Shown here piece by piece: positions 29,730 through 41,789 of a stretch of DNA of 64,000 nt (its first letter is position 1; each line of letters starts with the position of its first letter). The DNA comes from Octopus sinensis (Eukaryota), in NCBI RefSeq assembly GCF_006345805.1, contig NC_043004.1, forward strand, positions 2,604,001 through 2,668,000. Reading direction: 5' to 3'. The translations under genes were made by a program, and so were the position numbers. The notes beneath the pieces are model-generated. The model searched no databases. It was not told the origin of the DNA and worked only from the letters and a program-made list of their open reading frames with translations.

Positions 29730-30077
29730 AAAAATTGAGGGAGATAAATTAATATTAATTTTAATATGAATTTAAAACCAGTAGTCCAGCATTCAAAAAA
29801 TCTGAGGAGTCAGAGAAAATTCAAATATATGTGTATATTGGCAGGGCTGGCCTGCTAGGTAGCCGGCCAGAATGCTAGAAGAAGATCATCAACGATCGAA
29901 CTACAAGGGAAATTCTCTAGAGGAAGAATTCAGCGAACACCAGAACCAACTTTGGCGGGCAGGACATATACACTCACATATACACACCGTCTCACACAGA
30001 CACATGTATATATATTGGACCGCTGAATACGTTTTTTTTCTAAATTCTTTCTTTGTCTATTTTCTCATATTCCTATC

Positions 30078-30190
30078 CGTAGGCTCGAAACGTGAAAGAC
30101 AATTTCATTTTTCTTAAGCGTCAAACTAATACACTCGCTTGTTATTGAAACACCTCTCTCCGTCTTTTGTTTTTTATTCTATAAATTTCA
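30078..30190 (+). mobile_element. H5 element 3' end with truncated hammerhead-like motif
   Basis: cgtaggctcgaaacgtgaaagac...gcgtcaaactaatacac...cgtcttttgt is homologous to 46305-46430 (-); the CUGA core is missing. Confidence 0.6.
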
Positions 30191-30192
30191 GC

Positions 30193-30440
30193 TCTTTACT
30201 CTTTTACTTTTTTACTCTTTTACTTTTTTACTCTTTTACTCTTTTACTTGTTTCAGTCATTTGACTGCGGCCATGCTGGAGCACCGCCTTTAATCGAGCA
30301 ACTCGACCCCAGGACTTATTCTTTTGGAAGCCCAGTACTTATTCTATCGGTCTCTTTTGCCGAACCGCTAAGTAACGGGGACATAAACACATCAGCATCG
30401 GTTGTCAAGCAATGCTAGGGGGACAAACACAGACACACGA

Positions 30441-30483
<43 letters not shown>

Positions 30484-30655
30484 CATATATACGCCGGGCT
30501 TCTTTCAGTTTCCGTCTACCAAATCCACTCACAAAGCTTTGGTCGGCCCGAGGCTATAGTAGAAGACACTTGCCCAAGGTGCCACGCAGTGGGACTGAAC
30601 CCGGAACCATGTGGTTGGTAAACAAGCTACTTACCACACAGCCACTCCTGCGCCT
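30193..30655 (-). mobile_element. Young full-length family-C CORE-type tRNA SINE with (GAGTAAAA)n-type tail
   Basis: Head aggcgcaggagtggctgtgtggtaag, B-box-like ggttcagtccc, CORE-like gcaccttgggcaagtgtcttct, internal microsatellite, tail ggcggtgctccagcatggccgcagtcaaatgactgaaac. Confidence 0.92.
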
Positions 30656-31212
30656 ATATACATATATATATACACACACACCAACTCACATATACATACT
30701 CCGACTTACGCGCGCAGACACACACATACATTTGCACAAGCACAGACGCACACACTAACACACATACATAAATATACACATACGAGACACGCACACTAAC
30801 ACATACACACATACGCACACGCGCACACACACACACACATACGCACACGCACATATATATGTCGCAAGAATATGGATTCAAAGAATCAAACAAAGCTTAC
30901 ATTTAGCTCTCCGCCAAGTGCATGGCTAACAAGTAGGACCGTGCTTAAGGTTAGGATGAAACCTTAACGTCGTTATGAATATCCAGGAATTATAATGGTG
31001 GACTGTATGCATACATATGAGAAACGAATTTAGAGAATATATTTTTTTCCATTGTATTTATATATGGGTGTACATGTCAATTTATATGTATATATTATAT
31101 ACGTATGAATGGTGATGTAATGCCAATTATATAACTAACATGAATCATGAAACAGCTGTAAAGAAATGAAATAAACATCAATTGTCTCATTTCATTTCCC
31201 TTATATATGTGT

Positions 31213-31255
<43 letters not shown>

Positions 31256-31415
31256 CGCATATTTGCCATTTGAATATGGCTAACCCCTAAGGGTGGATGC
31301 TACTGTAGTTTGTAGCCCCAGGAAGATATCTCCTCCAGCTGGCTATAGACACACTATCTGTGTCTTCTCAGTATTTGTGAAGGGGAGTCATCCTCCCCGT
31401 ATTCAACTCATGATA

Positions 31416-31460
31416 CACACGGATCCGAGTTTCAAGGTGTTTACCTTTCATCAGCGTGTG
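31416..31460 (-). ncRNA. Type I hammerhead ribozyme (H4, minus copy)
   Basis: CACACG-CTGATGA-AAGGT(AAAC)ACCTT-GAAAC(TCGG)ATC-CGTGTG: perfect stems I and II, AUC triplet, one stem III mismatch. Confidence 0.8.
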
Positions 31461-31689
31461 ACAATCATGGTTGTCGACGAGAAGTCAGCTCCCTTCACAA
31501 ATACATATACTTTTTCCAGTGTCGATTGACACTGATAATGAAAAAGTGAAATCACGATGTGTTACCGCTACTGTATATAACTCGCTCTGAGATTTATCAT
31601 TGTTTGATTTCACTTTTTCAATATCAGTGTCAATCGACACTGGAAAAAGTATATGTATTTGTGGAGGGAGCTGACTTCTCGTCGACAAC

Positions 31690-31755
31690 CATGATTGTCA
31701 CACGCTGATGAAATGTAAACACCTTGAAACTCGGGTCCGTGTGTATCATGAGTTG
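31690..31755 (+). ncRNA. Type I hammerhead ribozyme with extended stem I (H4, plus copy)
   Basis: CATGAT-tgt-CACACG-CTGATGA-AATGT(AAAC)ACCTT-GAAAC(TCGG)GTC-CGTGTG-t-ATCATG. Predicted cut after C31737. Confidence 0.85.
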
Positions 31756-31952
31756 AATACGGGGAGGATGACTCCCCTTCACAAATACTGAGAAGACACA
31801 GATAGTGTGTCTATAGCCAGCTGGAGGAGATATCTTCCTGGGGCTACAAACTACAGTAGCATCCACCCTTAGGAGTTAGCCATATTCAAATGGCAAATAT
31901 GCGTCACGATGTGTTACCGCTACTGTTTATAACTCGCTCTGAGATTTATCAT

Positions 31953-32018
<66 letters not shown>

Positions 32019-32052
32019 ATATATATATATATATACATATAAATATATATAT

Positions 32053-32108
<56 letters not shown>

Positions 32109-32142
32109 TACATATATACGTATATATATGTATATGTATATA

Positions 32143-32377
32143 CAATAATCCCTCGACTATCGCAGGTGTTACGTTCAAAAACACCCCGCGATAGATGAAA
32201 AATCTGCGAAGTAGAAACAGTACTGTACTGTATATTTTTTTTATTATTTTTGTAATTAGTATATATTATTTTTTATAAATGGCAAACAACACCGTGGAGG
32301 AATCGACGTAAGCTTATATAATAAATCCCGATGGGTGAACCGCGATAAGTAAACCGCGATATGGCAAGGGACTACTG
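32143..32377. mobile_element. Tc1/mariner (pogo/Tigger-like) MITE
   Basis: TA flanks; imperfect TIRs CAATAATCCCTCGACTATCGCAGG / CCGCGATATGGCAAGGGACTACTG. Confidence 0.75.
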
Positions 32378-33121
32378 TATAAATGAATACCTCATTTCTT
32401 CTAATATATAATACCTGTACATCACCTCCAAACCTTCTCATAAATACATATATATACACACACACATATATATATATATATACACACACACACAAATTGT
32501 ACGTATATACTAGTATATACATTCAAATAAACACACAATACCATATACACTTATCCATGCACGCAAGCAAGCTCACATGTACAAATATACATCACGTGCA
32601 AGAAGGATGCATATAAATGTTTTTTTGTATCTTTTACTTTGTAAGTTTGTGTTTGCACGGAAATTGTGTATACGCTTTTCGCGCATTATTTGTCTCTTCT
32701 CCATTTTTATTTGTATCCAATTCAGTTCTTTTTCCGTTTCCTTTTTCTTTTGTTGCTTAAGATACACTTCTTTTCTCATTATTTTCATTCTTTAATGGCC
32801 CTTTCCGTTGCTCCTGTTTATCATTTGTTGTATATTCTGTAATTCAGTTTTCAGTTGAGTGAACGACAAGGATTTACAAAACTCTTACTTCATTCACTTG
32901 CAATTACCATTCATTAACAGATGTAATTAACCGAGATCATTGCAGATTAATTATAATTTTATTACTGATTCTCTATTAAGTACTTTGGTACTTTTCTGCT
33001 TTCCGTATATTCTAAAGCATGTATATGTGTGTGTATATTGTGCGTGTCTCCATGTTCGTTACTATGTCGAGTTGTCGATACAGTAATAAAAAGAATAGTG
33101 AAAGAATTTGGTATTAAGCAG

Positions 33122-33332
33122 AAGGCGGAGAGGTGGCAGAGTCCTTAGAACGCCTGGCAGAATGCTTAGCGCTATTTCGTCCGTTTTTATTTTCTGAGTA
33201 CAAAATCAAAATATACTGAGGGCGACTTTGCCTTTCAAAATTTGGGAGTGGTACCTGTTGAATAATGGGGTTGGTGTAATGAACTTATTCTCTCGCCCGA
33301 AATTGCTGGCCTTGTGCTAAAATTTGAAACAA
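33122..33332 (+). mobile_element. Old family-B SINE monomer
   Basis: Head aaggcggagaggtggcaga, degenerate Meta core, tail aaattgctggccttgtgctaaaatttgaaac. Confidence 0.75.
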
Positions 33333-33561
33333 ACATTAAGCAGAAATATTAATAATTTCTGCAGAGTACATGTTCTAAGAATTAGGGTTACGGCGTCTTC
33401 GAAGACTCGTCCTAATAGCTTTCCTCGAACCGTGCAAAGAAATTTAACAGGTCGAAACTCCGCGGTGACTGTCTTCTCGTAAAAGTATTATATACACACA
33501 CACTCACTCACACACGTGTGTGTGTTATGTATGTTTATATATATATATATATATATATATA

Positions 33562-33919
33562 TGAGTAACAAAGATGTATAAGCTTCAATTCATTACAGCC
33601 GTTTCGAGGGATTCCTTTAATTAATCAATGAAAATATTACATCATTACAAAGAAAACCGTTCTCATCAGATGACCGCATAGATTCCAAGCCTAAATAGCA
33701 AGTTAGATATTTAAACATATTCATATCATCAAGAGAGAGCAAATATTTACAATGTTATGAATATGTTTAAATATCTAACTTGTCCTTTATGCGTGAGGTC
33801 TATGCAGTCATATAATGAGAACGGTTGAATTTGTATTGATGTAATGCTTTCATTTACCAATTAAAGGAATCGCTCGAAACGGTCATAACGAATTGAAACT
33901 TATAAATCTTTGTTACTCA
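33562..33919. mobile_element. H3 fold-back: ~164-bp inverted arms, each with a hammerhead-like motif
   Basis: Arms at 33562-33725 and 33756-33919. Minus arm reads GTCAT-CTGATGAG...CTC-GAAAC; plus arm reads ...CTC-GAAAC-GG-TC-ATAAC. Confidence 0.75.
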
Positions 33920-35885
33920 ATAATATGTTGCTCACTCACCCTGGAATCTGCGCTTCGGAAGTATTTCTAAAGTATCTTTTTATAAAGTACATGTCTGAGC
34001 GAAGAAGACTGGATTTATTCACTGAGTTGGATCGTGCCATGACTGTATGAATATCGGGTGGAAAAAATTCTATGTAGGGTTTGATAATCACCAAATATTG
34101 TCTGATTGTGCGAATAAGTTTGTCCTAACGAGATGCCTCAATTTAAGCACCTCATTCAAATGACTCTAAATTACATTATATATCTGTCTGTCTATATATA
34201 TATATATTATATATATATATATATATTATATATATATATAATATATATATATATATATTATATATATATATATAATATAGATATAGATATAGATATATAA
34301 TTTTTGAAGAGGATAACAAACGTTATAAACAATTATATATTCGCTGCATCGGAAATCTGCAATGGCTCCATAACTACCGTCTCGGCTATAACCTTGGATC
34401 CCTAGTAATCCGTTACAGCATTTACCTACCGTACCTAATCCATTTCCGTCAAAATACACGCTATTAGATTACAAACGGTAGGACACATTGGATCATGTAG
34501 GGCTAAATGGCCGAATGGTCCTATTGAAAAATATATTGGTCAAAGTTCTGCTCGATCGGTAGTGACTCAGTGTTAGCCAACAGCAATATAACAGCAAGAA
34601 GTACAAAATTAATGATTATATCTAATTAACAATATATATCACATTCAGTAGCTATTCGCAAAGTTGCTGTCGCTGTTGTACAACAGCCTCAAACCACACA
34701 TGAATGAGCAAATGGATGATAGATTATATATTTCAACCGTGACTATCACGTCCTTTTATTTCTCGATATAGTGTACTCTGAATTACATAATTATTTTTTT
34801 GTGATTATTTATTAGGAAGATGAATTATGATTTGAGGGAGATTTGGCAGTTATTTCTAGTGATTCGAACTACCACTTAGAGGCTCTTCGTTGAAGTAAAT
34901 CATTATAATGCAACAACTGTTTTATTAGCGTAGACAGCTGTTTGGTTGGGTTGGCTGAAAGTAACATCTGAGAATCAAAACAACACCTGAACAGGTGTGG
35001 TAGTTTTGACTACAGAACTAAACACCGGATGAATATCGATCCGGCAATTAAACTTCAGCTACGAAGTGTCTTACGGAATATTAATTTGTATTAAGGGATT
35101 GCTGCGCTTAGATCTGATTTCCTACGGAGAGAAAGAGAAAATAAAGACAAATATTGGATCGGTTGTTGGGTCGTTGAAAAGACAACGATAGTTTAGTATT
35201 GATTAAAACTGGAAATGTTGCAACTAAATTAATATAGCCAAGTTAATGACACTGAATATGACATAACTTGATCATGAAGAAGATCAAGGATCACATCAGA
35301 AAAGAAAAACCTTAGTCGAAGAAATTTAAGATAAATATCGAAACTTGTGCTCAGAGAAATATTTTCCTTTACACTTGAAGAAAATATAAAGGCAAATATA
35401 GATTCTTGTTCCCCAGTTGGGATAAAAATAGATCGTAAAAATATAACTGATAAGTCACTAAATCTTATCCTAAATCTCATCAAGGCTGCGTAAATATGTC
35501 TTACATGATTTTCTTTATTGAATGTGCTTGCAATTTTTATCAGGAGAAACTAAATCCTATTTAATGCTTTCATGTGTAAAGTATACTGAATTATCAGAGC
35601 ATTACATATAAATATATGAACAGAACAGAAATCTCACATTTTCAACTCCCTAACAGAGGAGTGAAGACAGAGGCCTATTCTCCGTGTTAAATGTATTGAT
35701 AAAATAATTGTTATCTTACAGAAGCAACCACGAAATTTCGTAGGTAATTAGGAACCATCGCTCGGCGACGTTGAGAGTTCTTCGCCACCAGGTGCCTTCA
35801 TCAAGTAGAAAGAGCAGGTAAGTTGATCTCGAATCACAAATGTCTTTAAAAAGATGCAGGGCTTTATAATAATGTATTCTAAAGC

Positions 35886-36068
35886 AGCGAGCTGGCTGAA
35901 ACGTTAGCGCGTCGGACAAATTGCTTAGCGGCATTTTCCCCAGGTCTTATGGTGCTGCCGGCGTCATTTTAGCCTTTCATACTTTTTAAACTAAGTATCA
36001 GTCGAGCACTGTGGGTGACCTAATCAACATAGCCAAAATTGGGGCCTTGTTCCGAAATTAGAAACCAT
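35886..36068 (+). mobile_element. Old family-B SINE
   Basis: gcgagctggctgaaacgttagc head; tail aaattggggccttgttccgaaattagaaac. Confidence 0.65.
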
Positions 36069-36331
36069 TATAGTGACTTGGTGTGAAACGATTACAGACG
36101 AGTCGGAGATAACCGATAACATCGACATGAAGCAAAACTTCACAAAATGGTTTATATGGCGAAGAGAGTATCAACGTTTAAAAATTCTTTTCAGTTGTTT
36201 ATTGAGATCCTCATGAATATTTATAAATGTCTCCATGGTGACATTCATTGTACATCAACAGTAATAGGGTTCGTTTTAAATGGGATGAGCCGGAGCAAGT
36301 AGCTGCACCAATGACCTACGTAATACATACA

Positions 36332-36367
<36 letters not shown>

Positions 36368-36653
36368 ATGAGCGTGTGTGTGAGTGACCTGTAATACAAT
36401 ATGTCAGTTTTCCAGCTAATTCTCTAAGACCCCCCACACACACACACACACACACACTCTATAAGAATGCAAAAAAACTTTTGGAATTTAGGTGAGCTAT
36501 ACCCATCGATTGTTTCATTACTTTATCGATCCAGAACAATAAAAGTAAGATTTTGAGCATTTATCGGTAAGTAATCTAACCATATTACGACAGAGCAATT
36601 GCGAAATATTATTATTATTATTATTTTTTTATTATTATTATTATTATTATTAT

Positions 36654-36715
<62 letters not shown>

Positions 36716-36743
36716 TTAATAATAATAATAATATTTTCTACTG

Positions 36744-36905
36744 TAGGCGCAAGGTCTGAAATTTGTGGGAACAGGCTAGTCGACCCTGAAAGGATGAAAT
36801 GCAAAGACTACCTCGGCGGTATTTGAACTCAGAATATAGCAAGTCGGAATAAATGCCGCTAAGCATTATTTCCGGTATAGTAATGAAACTGACATTTCGC
36901 CACCT
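36744..36905 (-). mobile_element. Family-B SINE with internal deletion and (ATT)n tail
   Basis: Meta core fragment and head; adjoining (AAT)n at 36658-36732. Confidence 0.75.
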
Positions 36906-37109
36906 TTATAATAGTAATGTTTTTAATACAGACAAAAAAGGACCTATAATTTGGAAAAGGAACAATGCTTGATTATACTGACCCCAATTCTTCACAGCTA
37001 TTTATTCTGCCCGTTGTAAATTAAGTACTAGCGACAATGAAATCGACTCTTCCCCTTCACTTAATTTCTGGTCTTCTGCCCATTTCTAGAATGAGTGTAA
37101 GTATAATCG

Positions 37110-37491
37110 TTTCTGCTATAGGCACAAGGCCTGAAATTATCGGGAAGGGGGCCAGTCGATTAAATCGAGCCCAATTACACAACTGGTACTTAATATATCG
37201 CCCCGAAAGGATGAAAGGCAAATTTGACCTCGGCGGAATTTGAACTCGGAGTGTAGCGAAGGGCGAAATACCTATTTGTTTACTACCCACAAGGGGCTAA
37301 ACACAGACAGGACAAACAAGGGCAGACAAACGGATTAAGACGATTATATCCTCTTCAGTGCATAACTAGTCCTTAATTTATCGACCCCGAAAGGATGAAA
37401 GGCAAAGTCAACCTCGGCGGAATTTGAACGCAGAACGTAACGGCGGACGAGATACCGCTAAGCATTTCATCCAGCGTGCTAACGATTCTGC
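37110..37491 (-). mobile_element. Family-B SINE dimer
   Basis: Two Meta cores; junction gaaatacc|tatttgtttactaccc at 37272/37273. Confidence 0.9.
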
Positions 37492-38433
37492 TATACTGAC
37501 ACATTTGATTGGAATTACAAGTGTCCAGAATGGATTTCAGAGAGAGGAGAGAAAGGAGAGAAATGACGAGGAGATCCAAAATGAGAAAGAGAATGGATAG
37601 GAAAATAAGGGACAAGAGAAGACGAGGAAGTAGGAGAAGCGGAAATGCGAGACAAGAGGTGAGGGAGAGAGGGGGGGCAGGAGATTGAGATTTACAGAGA
37701 GACTAAGAACCAGATTATTTCATCAAAGACCATTGTTGTAGCGTCCATTGTCGTATTCCATCTTTAATATTTTCATGTCGAAACCCGTCGAGATCGACTT
37801 TGACTTTCATCTATCCTGATCGATAGTACTTGAACTGACATCGGGTTTCACGATTATACCCAGTCCTAAAATTTATGGCCTTCGGCCAGCAAGGTGTGGG
37901 TCTTAATTATTAATCGATTAACCTCTCTCAACGAATTTCTGTCCCTGTGTTTATAATGTTCCAGCTCGTAATTTCTAAGTTCAAATCCCAGCGTCAACTT
38001 TGCTTTTCATCATTTTGGGGTCGATAAAATAAAGCAGCAGCCATGTACTGGTATCAATAGTATTGATCAATTATCTCCGATCTCCTAAAATTGTTAGCCA
38101 TTGTCCGAAAGTCCACACAATTATCATTATCAACGTCACCTTTAATAATTGAATAAAGACTTCCGGCAAATCCCTGGGTTTGTGCCTATCCTAGAAAGTC
38201 TTGCTTCCCTTTTGTTTGCACTATTTTCCTGACGGTCAGAGTGTCAGACATCCCGATACTTATTCATCTCTTCATGAGTTCAAATAGAAGTGAGGTGAAT
38301 TTTGCCTTTCGTCTTTCTTCGGTCGATGAATAAAGAACCAATCAATTACTTGAATGATTTATACTCCTTTCATTACGGTTTCAGATTTTGTGCCTATGTA
38401 AGAAATACCATTTTCCTTCAAGTAAATTCACCC

Positions 38434-38850
<417 letters not shown>

Positions 38851-39384
38851 TTGTGCGTAAAATACAGGGAGCAACTGCAAGTATTCTTAGAGTGTCATGA
38901 AATACTTAAAAATTAAGGAATTAATTACATTTAAGGTGTCTGTTGAGGTTTGATAGATTGTTATACCCTAACAATTATTTGCCAGTTGGTAACACCATAG
39001 CTGGAGAAATGTTCATGCAAAATAAAATTTCAGTTATTATAAATTAACCAAATCTTTGCGATTCTTGTTACTTACAAATATTGTGAAGATGATTCGATTA
39101 GCAATGTACGCAATAGGACTTTTATTTACACTATGCATATTTGGAACTTTCTCGTTTGTCAGAATAACAAAATCATTGGTGAAAAGCCCACAGAATAGAA
39201 GTTATCTCCCTTTTGTGTTTGACTTCTACTTCCACGGACAGACGAGTTTGCCTTTCTCCACTCTCAGAAGACTTCTTGTAGAAGGATGAAACCAAAGGAA
39301 GTGGATATGGTCAACATGACCATCCTCAAATACAACAATATCTGTTTCAACACACGAATTCACATCAAGAATCTTACAAAACGA

Positions 39385-39399
<15 letters not shown>

Positions 39400-39431
<32 letters not shown>

Positions 39432-39656
39432 TGAACGTGTATGTCTTTGTGGCAGTGTTTATACCCCATCACTGCTTGACAACCGGTGCTGGTGTGTTTA
39501 CGTCCCCTTAACTTACTGGTCCAGCAATAGAGAATAATAGAATAAATAGCAGGCTTTTAATAAAGAATTACTGGGGTTAGTACTTTCGACTAAAATTCTT
39601 CAATGTGGTGCCCCAGTATGGCCAGGGTTTAATGACTCAAAACAAATAAAAGAAAA
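39400..39656 (+). mobile_element. 3' half of a family-C SINE
   Basis: (TG)n followed by ccatcactgcttgacaaccggtgctggtgtgtttacgtccc...gtggtgccccagtatggcc. Confidence 0.75.
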
Positions 39657-39859
39657 TGAAAAAAATATCAGTATTGTCGCAAAAGTGTGGCTTGTTATGC
39701 AGAAGCCTTCACTACGGAGAGAAAACGATTGGCGACGATAATTTGACAGCTGAAATATTGGCTGTTAATCCTTCACGCGATCAGACCGAAGAGAAAATCC
39801 ATTGTGTGCGCGTGTGTCTGTCTCTGTATGTGTGTGAACGTGCGCGTGCGTGTGCGTGA

Positions 39860-39898
<39 letters not shown>

Positions 39899-39908
39899 AT
39901 ATATATAT

Positions 39909-40196
39909 ATCACGTGATCACGTGACTGACTAGACCATCAGATGTTGTTACACATCTGTTTTAGCCTTTGAATGACGCCACCCCGCTGGCTAAGCGAGCA
40001 GGCCAACAGAAGAAAGAGCGAGAGAAAGTTGTGATGAAAGAGTACAGCAGGGATCACCACCCTCTGCCGGAGCCTCGTGGAGCTTTTTTTTAGGTGTTTT
40101 AGCTCAATAAACACTCACAACGCCCGGTCTGGGAATCGAAACCACGATCCTACGACCGCGAGTCCGCTGCCCTAACCACTGGTCCATTGCGCCTCC
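39909..40196 (-). mobile_element. Family-A-headed SINE with alternative tail Z ending in (TCACGTGA)n
   Basis: Head ggaggcgcaatggaccagtggttagggcagcggactcgcgg; 3' half differs from 3146-3641. Confidence 0.85.
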
Positions 40197-40201
40197 ACGT
40201 G

Positions 40202-40262
<61 letters not shown>

Positions 40263-40309
40263 TACATATATATATGTGTGTATGTGTGCAAATATATGTG
40301 TGTGCATTT

Positions 40310-40510
40310 ATTTGCGTGTGTGTTTGACCCCCACCATCACTTGACAACAGACTTTGGTGTGTTTACGTCGCCGTAACTTAGCGGTTCAGCATAAGAAACC
40401 GACTGAATAAGTACTACGATTAAACAGTTTAAGTTCTGTGGTCGATGTGTTCGACTGAAGGCGATGCTCCAGCATGGCCGCAGTGACTGAAACAAGTAAA
40501 AGAATAAAAC
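40310..40510 (+). mobile_element. 3' half of a family-C SINE
   Basis: cccccaccatcacttgacaac...gcgatgctccagcatggccgcagtgactgaaacaagtaaaag. Confidence 0.8.
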
Positions 40511-40888
40511 AATATATATACATACATACATGTATTTATGTACGCATATATGTAAGTATACATACGTACACACGTACATACATACATGTACTCCCACACA
40601 TATACAGACACACACGGGGTTTGGACATCACTTGCAAGATTGTAATACTACATGTCCTACGTTGTCTCTGAGACTTACGCCTCGACAAGTCGATTAACGG
40701 AATACCAATGGATGCCTTTTGATGCGAGGATCTTATAAACTCAGCAGCAAACATTCTCACAAGGAAAGCCGAAGCATAACGCGGGTTCTATGCTGTAGAA
40801 GACGCTGCAAAATCCGTCTTTGGTTGATATTTCCATGGTTAGCGTGGAAAAATTGGAAATAAAACATGTTGTCGGTATCTCAAATGGG

Positions 40889-40988
40889 NNNNNNNNNNNN
40901 NNNNNNNNNNNNNNNNNNNNNNNNNNNNNNNNNNNNNNNNNNNNNNNNNNNNNNNNNNNNNNNNNNNNNNNNNNNNNNNNNNNNNNNN
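40889..40988. other. Assembly gap (100 N)
   Basis: Run of N. Confidence 1.
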
Positions 40989-41616
40989 AAACAAAGAAAA
41001 AAATAGAGTACAGGACATACAAACAAGGAAATTTTCCCCTTCTTCAGTCGCCTTAATTTCATCTACTCCACGTTTCGAAGGTCAGGCGATACATGACTTC
41101 AATGAAATTTTCCTTCCCGCTGAAATCAAATTAAAAAAATTTGAGATTTTTTTGCGGAGGGGTAAAAATGGTAACAAAAACGGACAGTAACAAACAACAG
41201 TACAAATATAAACAGGACAACGGAGAATAACAGTAAGCCAAACGAGATAAAAAATTTTTTTTACGAACGCTGTTCTTTGGGATATATATATATATATATA
41301 TAATATATATATATATATAATATCTATATGCATATAACCAACTTCACGGCAGGAGGTGCAGATGAGGGCAGCTGCATCGAACTCTCTCATGCACCAAATG
41401 GCAATTGCTAATAAGCGTTCGTGAAGTAAAATCATGTAGCAACACCAAATGGCGGTGCCCCAGCATGGCCACAGCTTGAGAGCTGAAACTAGATAAATAA
41501 ACAAAAAAAAATTTTAATAAATATATAAATATATATATAACATCTGTACACCACTTCAGATAATCTAAGCACATCCATAAATAAATACACACATATCTTT
41601 CTTTATGTATGTGTTT

Positions 41617-41652
<36 letters not shown>

Positions 41653-41789
41653 AAATTGCTTGCACTACAATGGCTTCTATTCGTTATTGATTTCTCGAGT
41701 CATCCGAAAACGACCAAGTGTTGAAATTAACGAGAAAATTTAAAACAACGGTTTAAATTTTCAATTTCGTTGGTACTCTTACGAAAATA

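Larger units (their letters stand above)
31252..31953. mobile_element. H4 retrozyme-like fold-back: A(inverted)-S-A-S inserted in (TA)n
   Basis: Near-perfect ~303-bp inverted arms at 31252-31554 and 31605-31907. A 50-bp direct repeat at 31552-31601 and 31904-31953 gives a 352-bp period. Confidence 0.92.

Noticed and set aside
31293-31866. Twin 78-aa ORFs on opposite strands
   Set aside because: A by-product of the inverted repeat; GTG start, no recognisable domain, and it overlaps a structured RNA.
35765-35812. TTGATGAA-GGCAC-CTG-GTGGC-GAAG (minus)
   Set aside because: Core, stem II and cleavage site are all imperfect.
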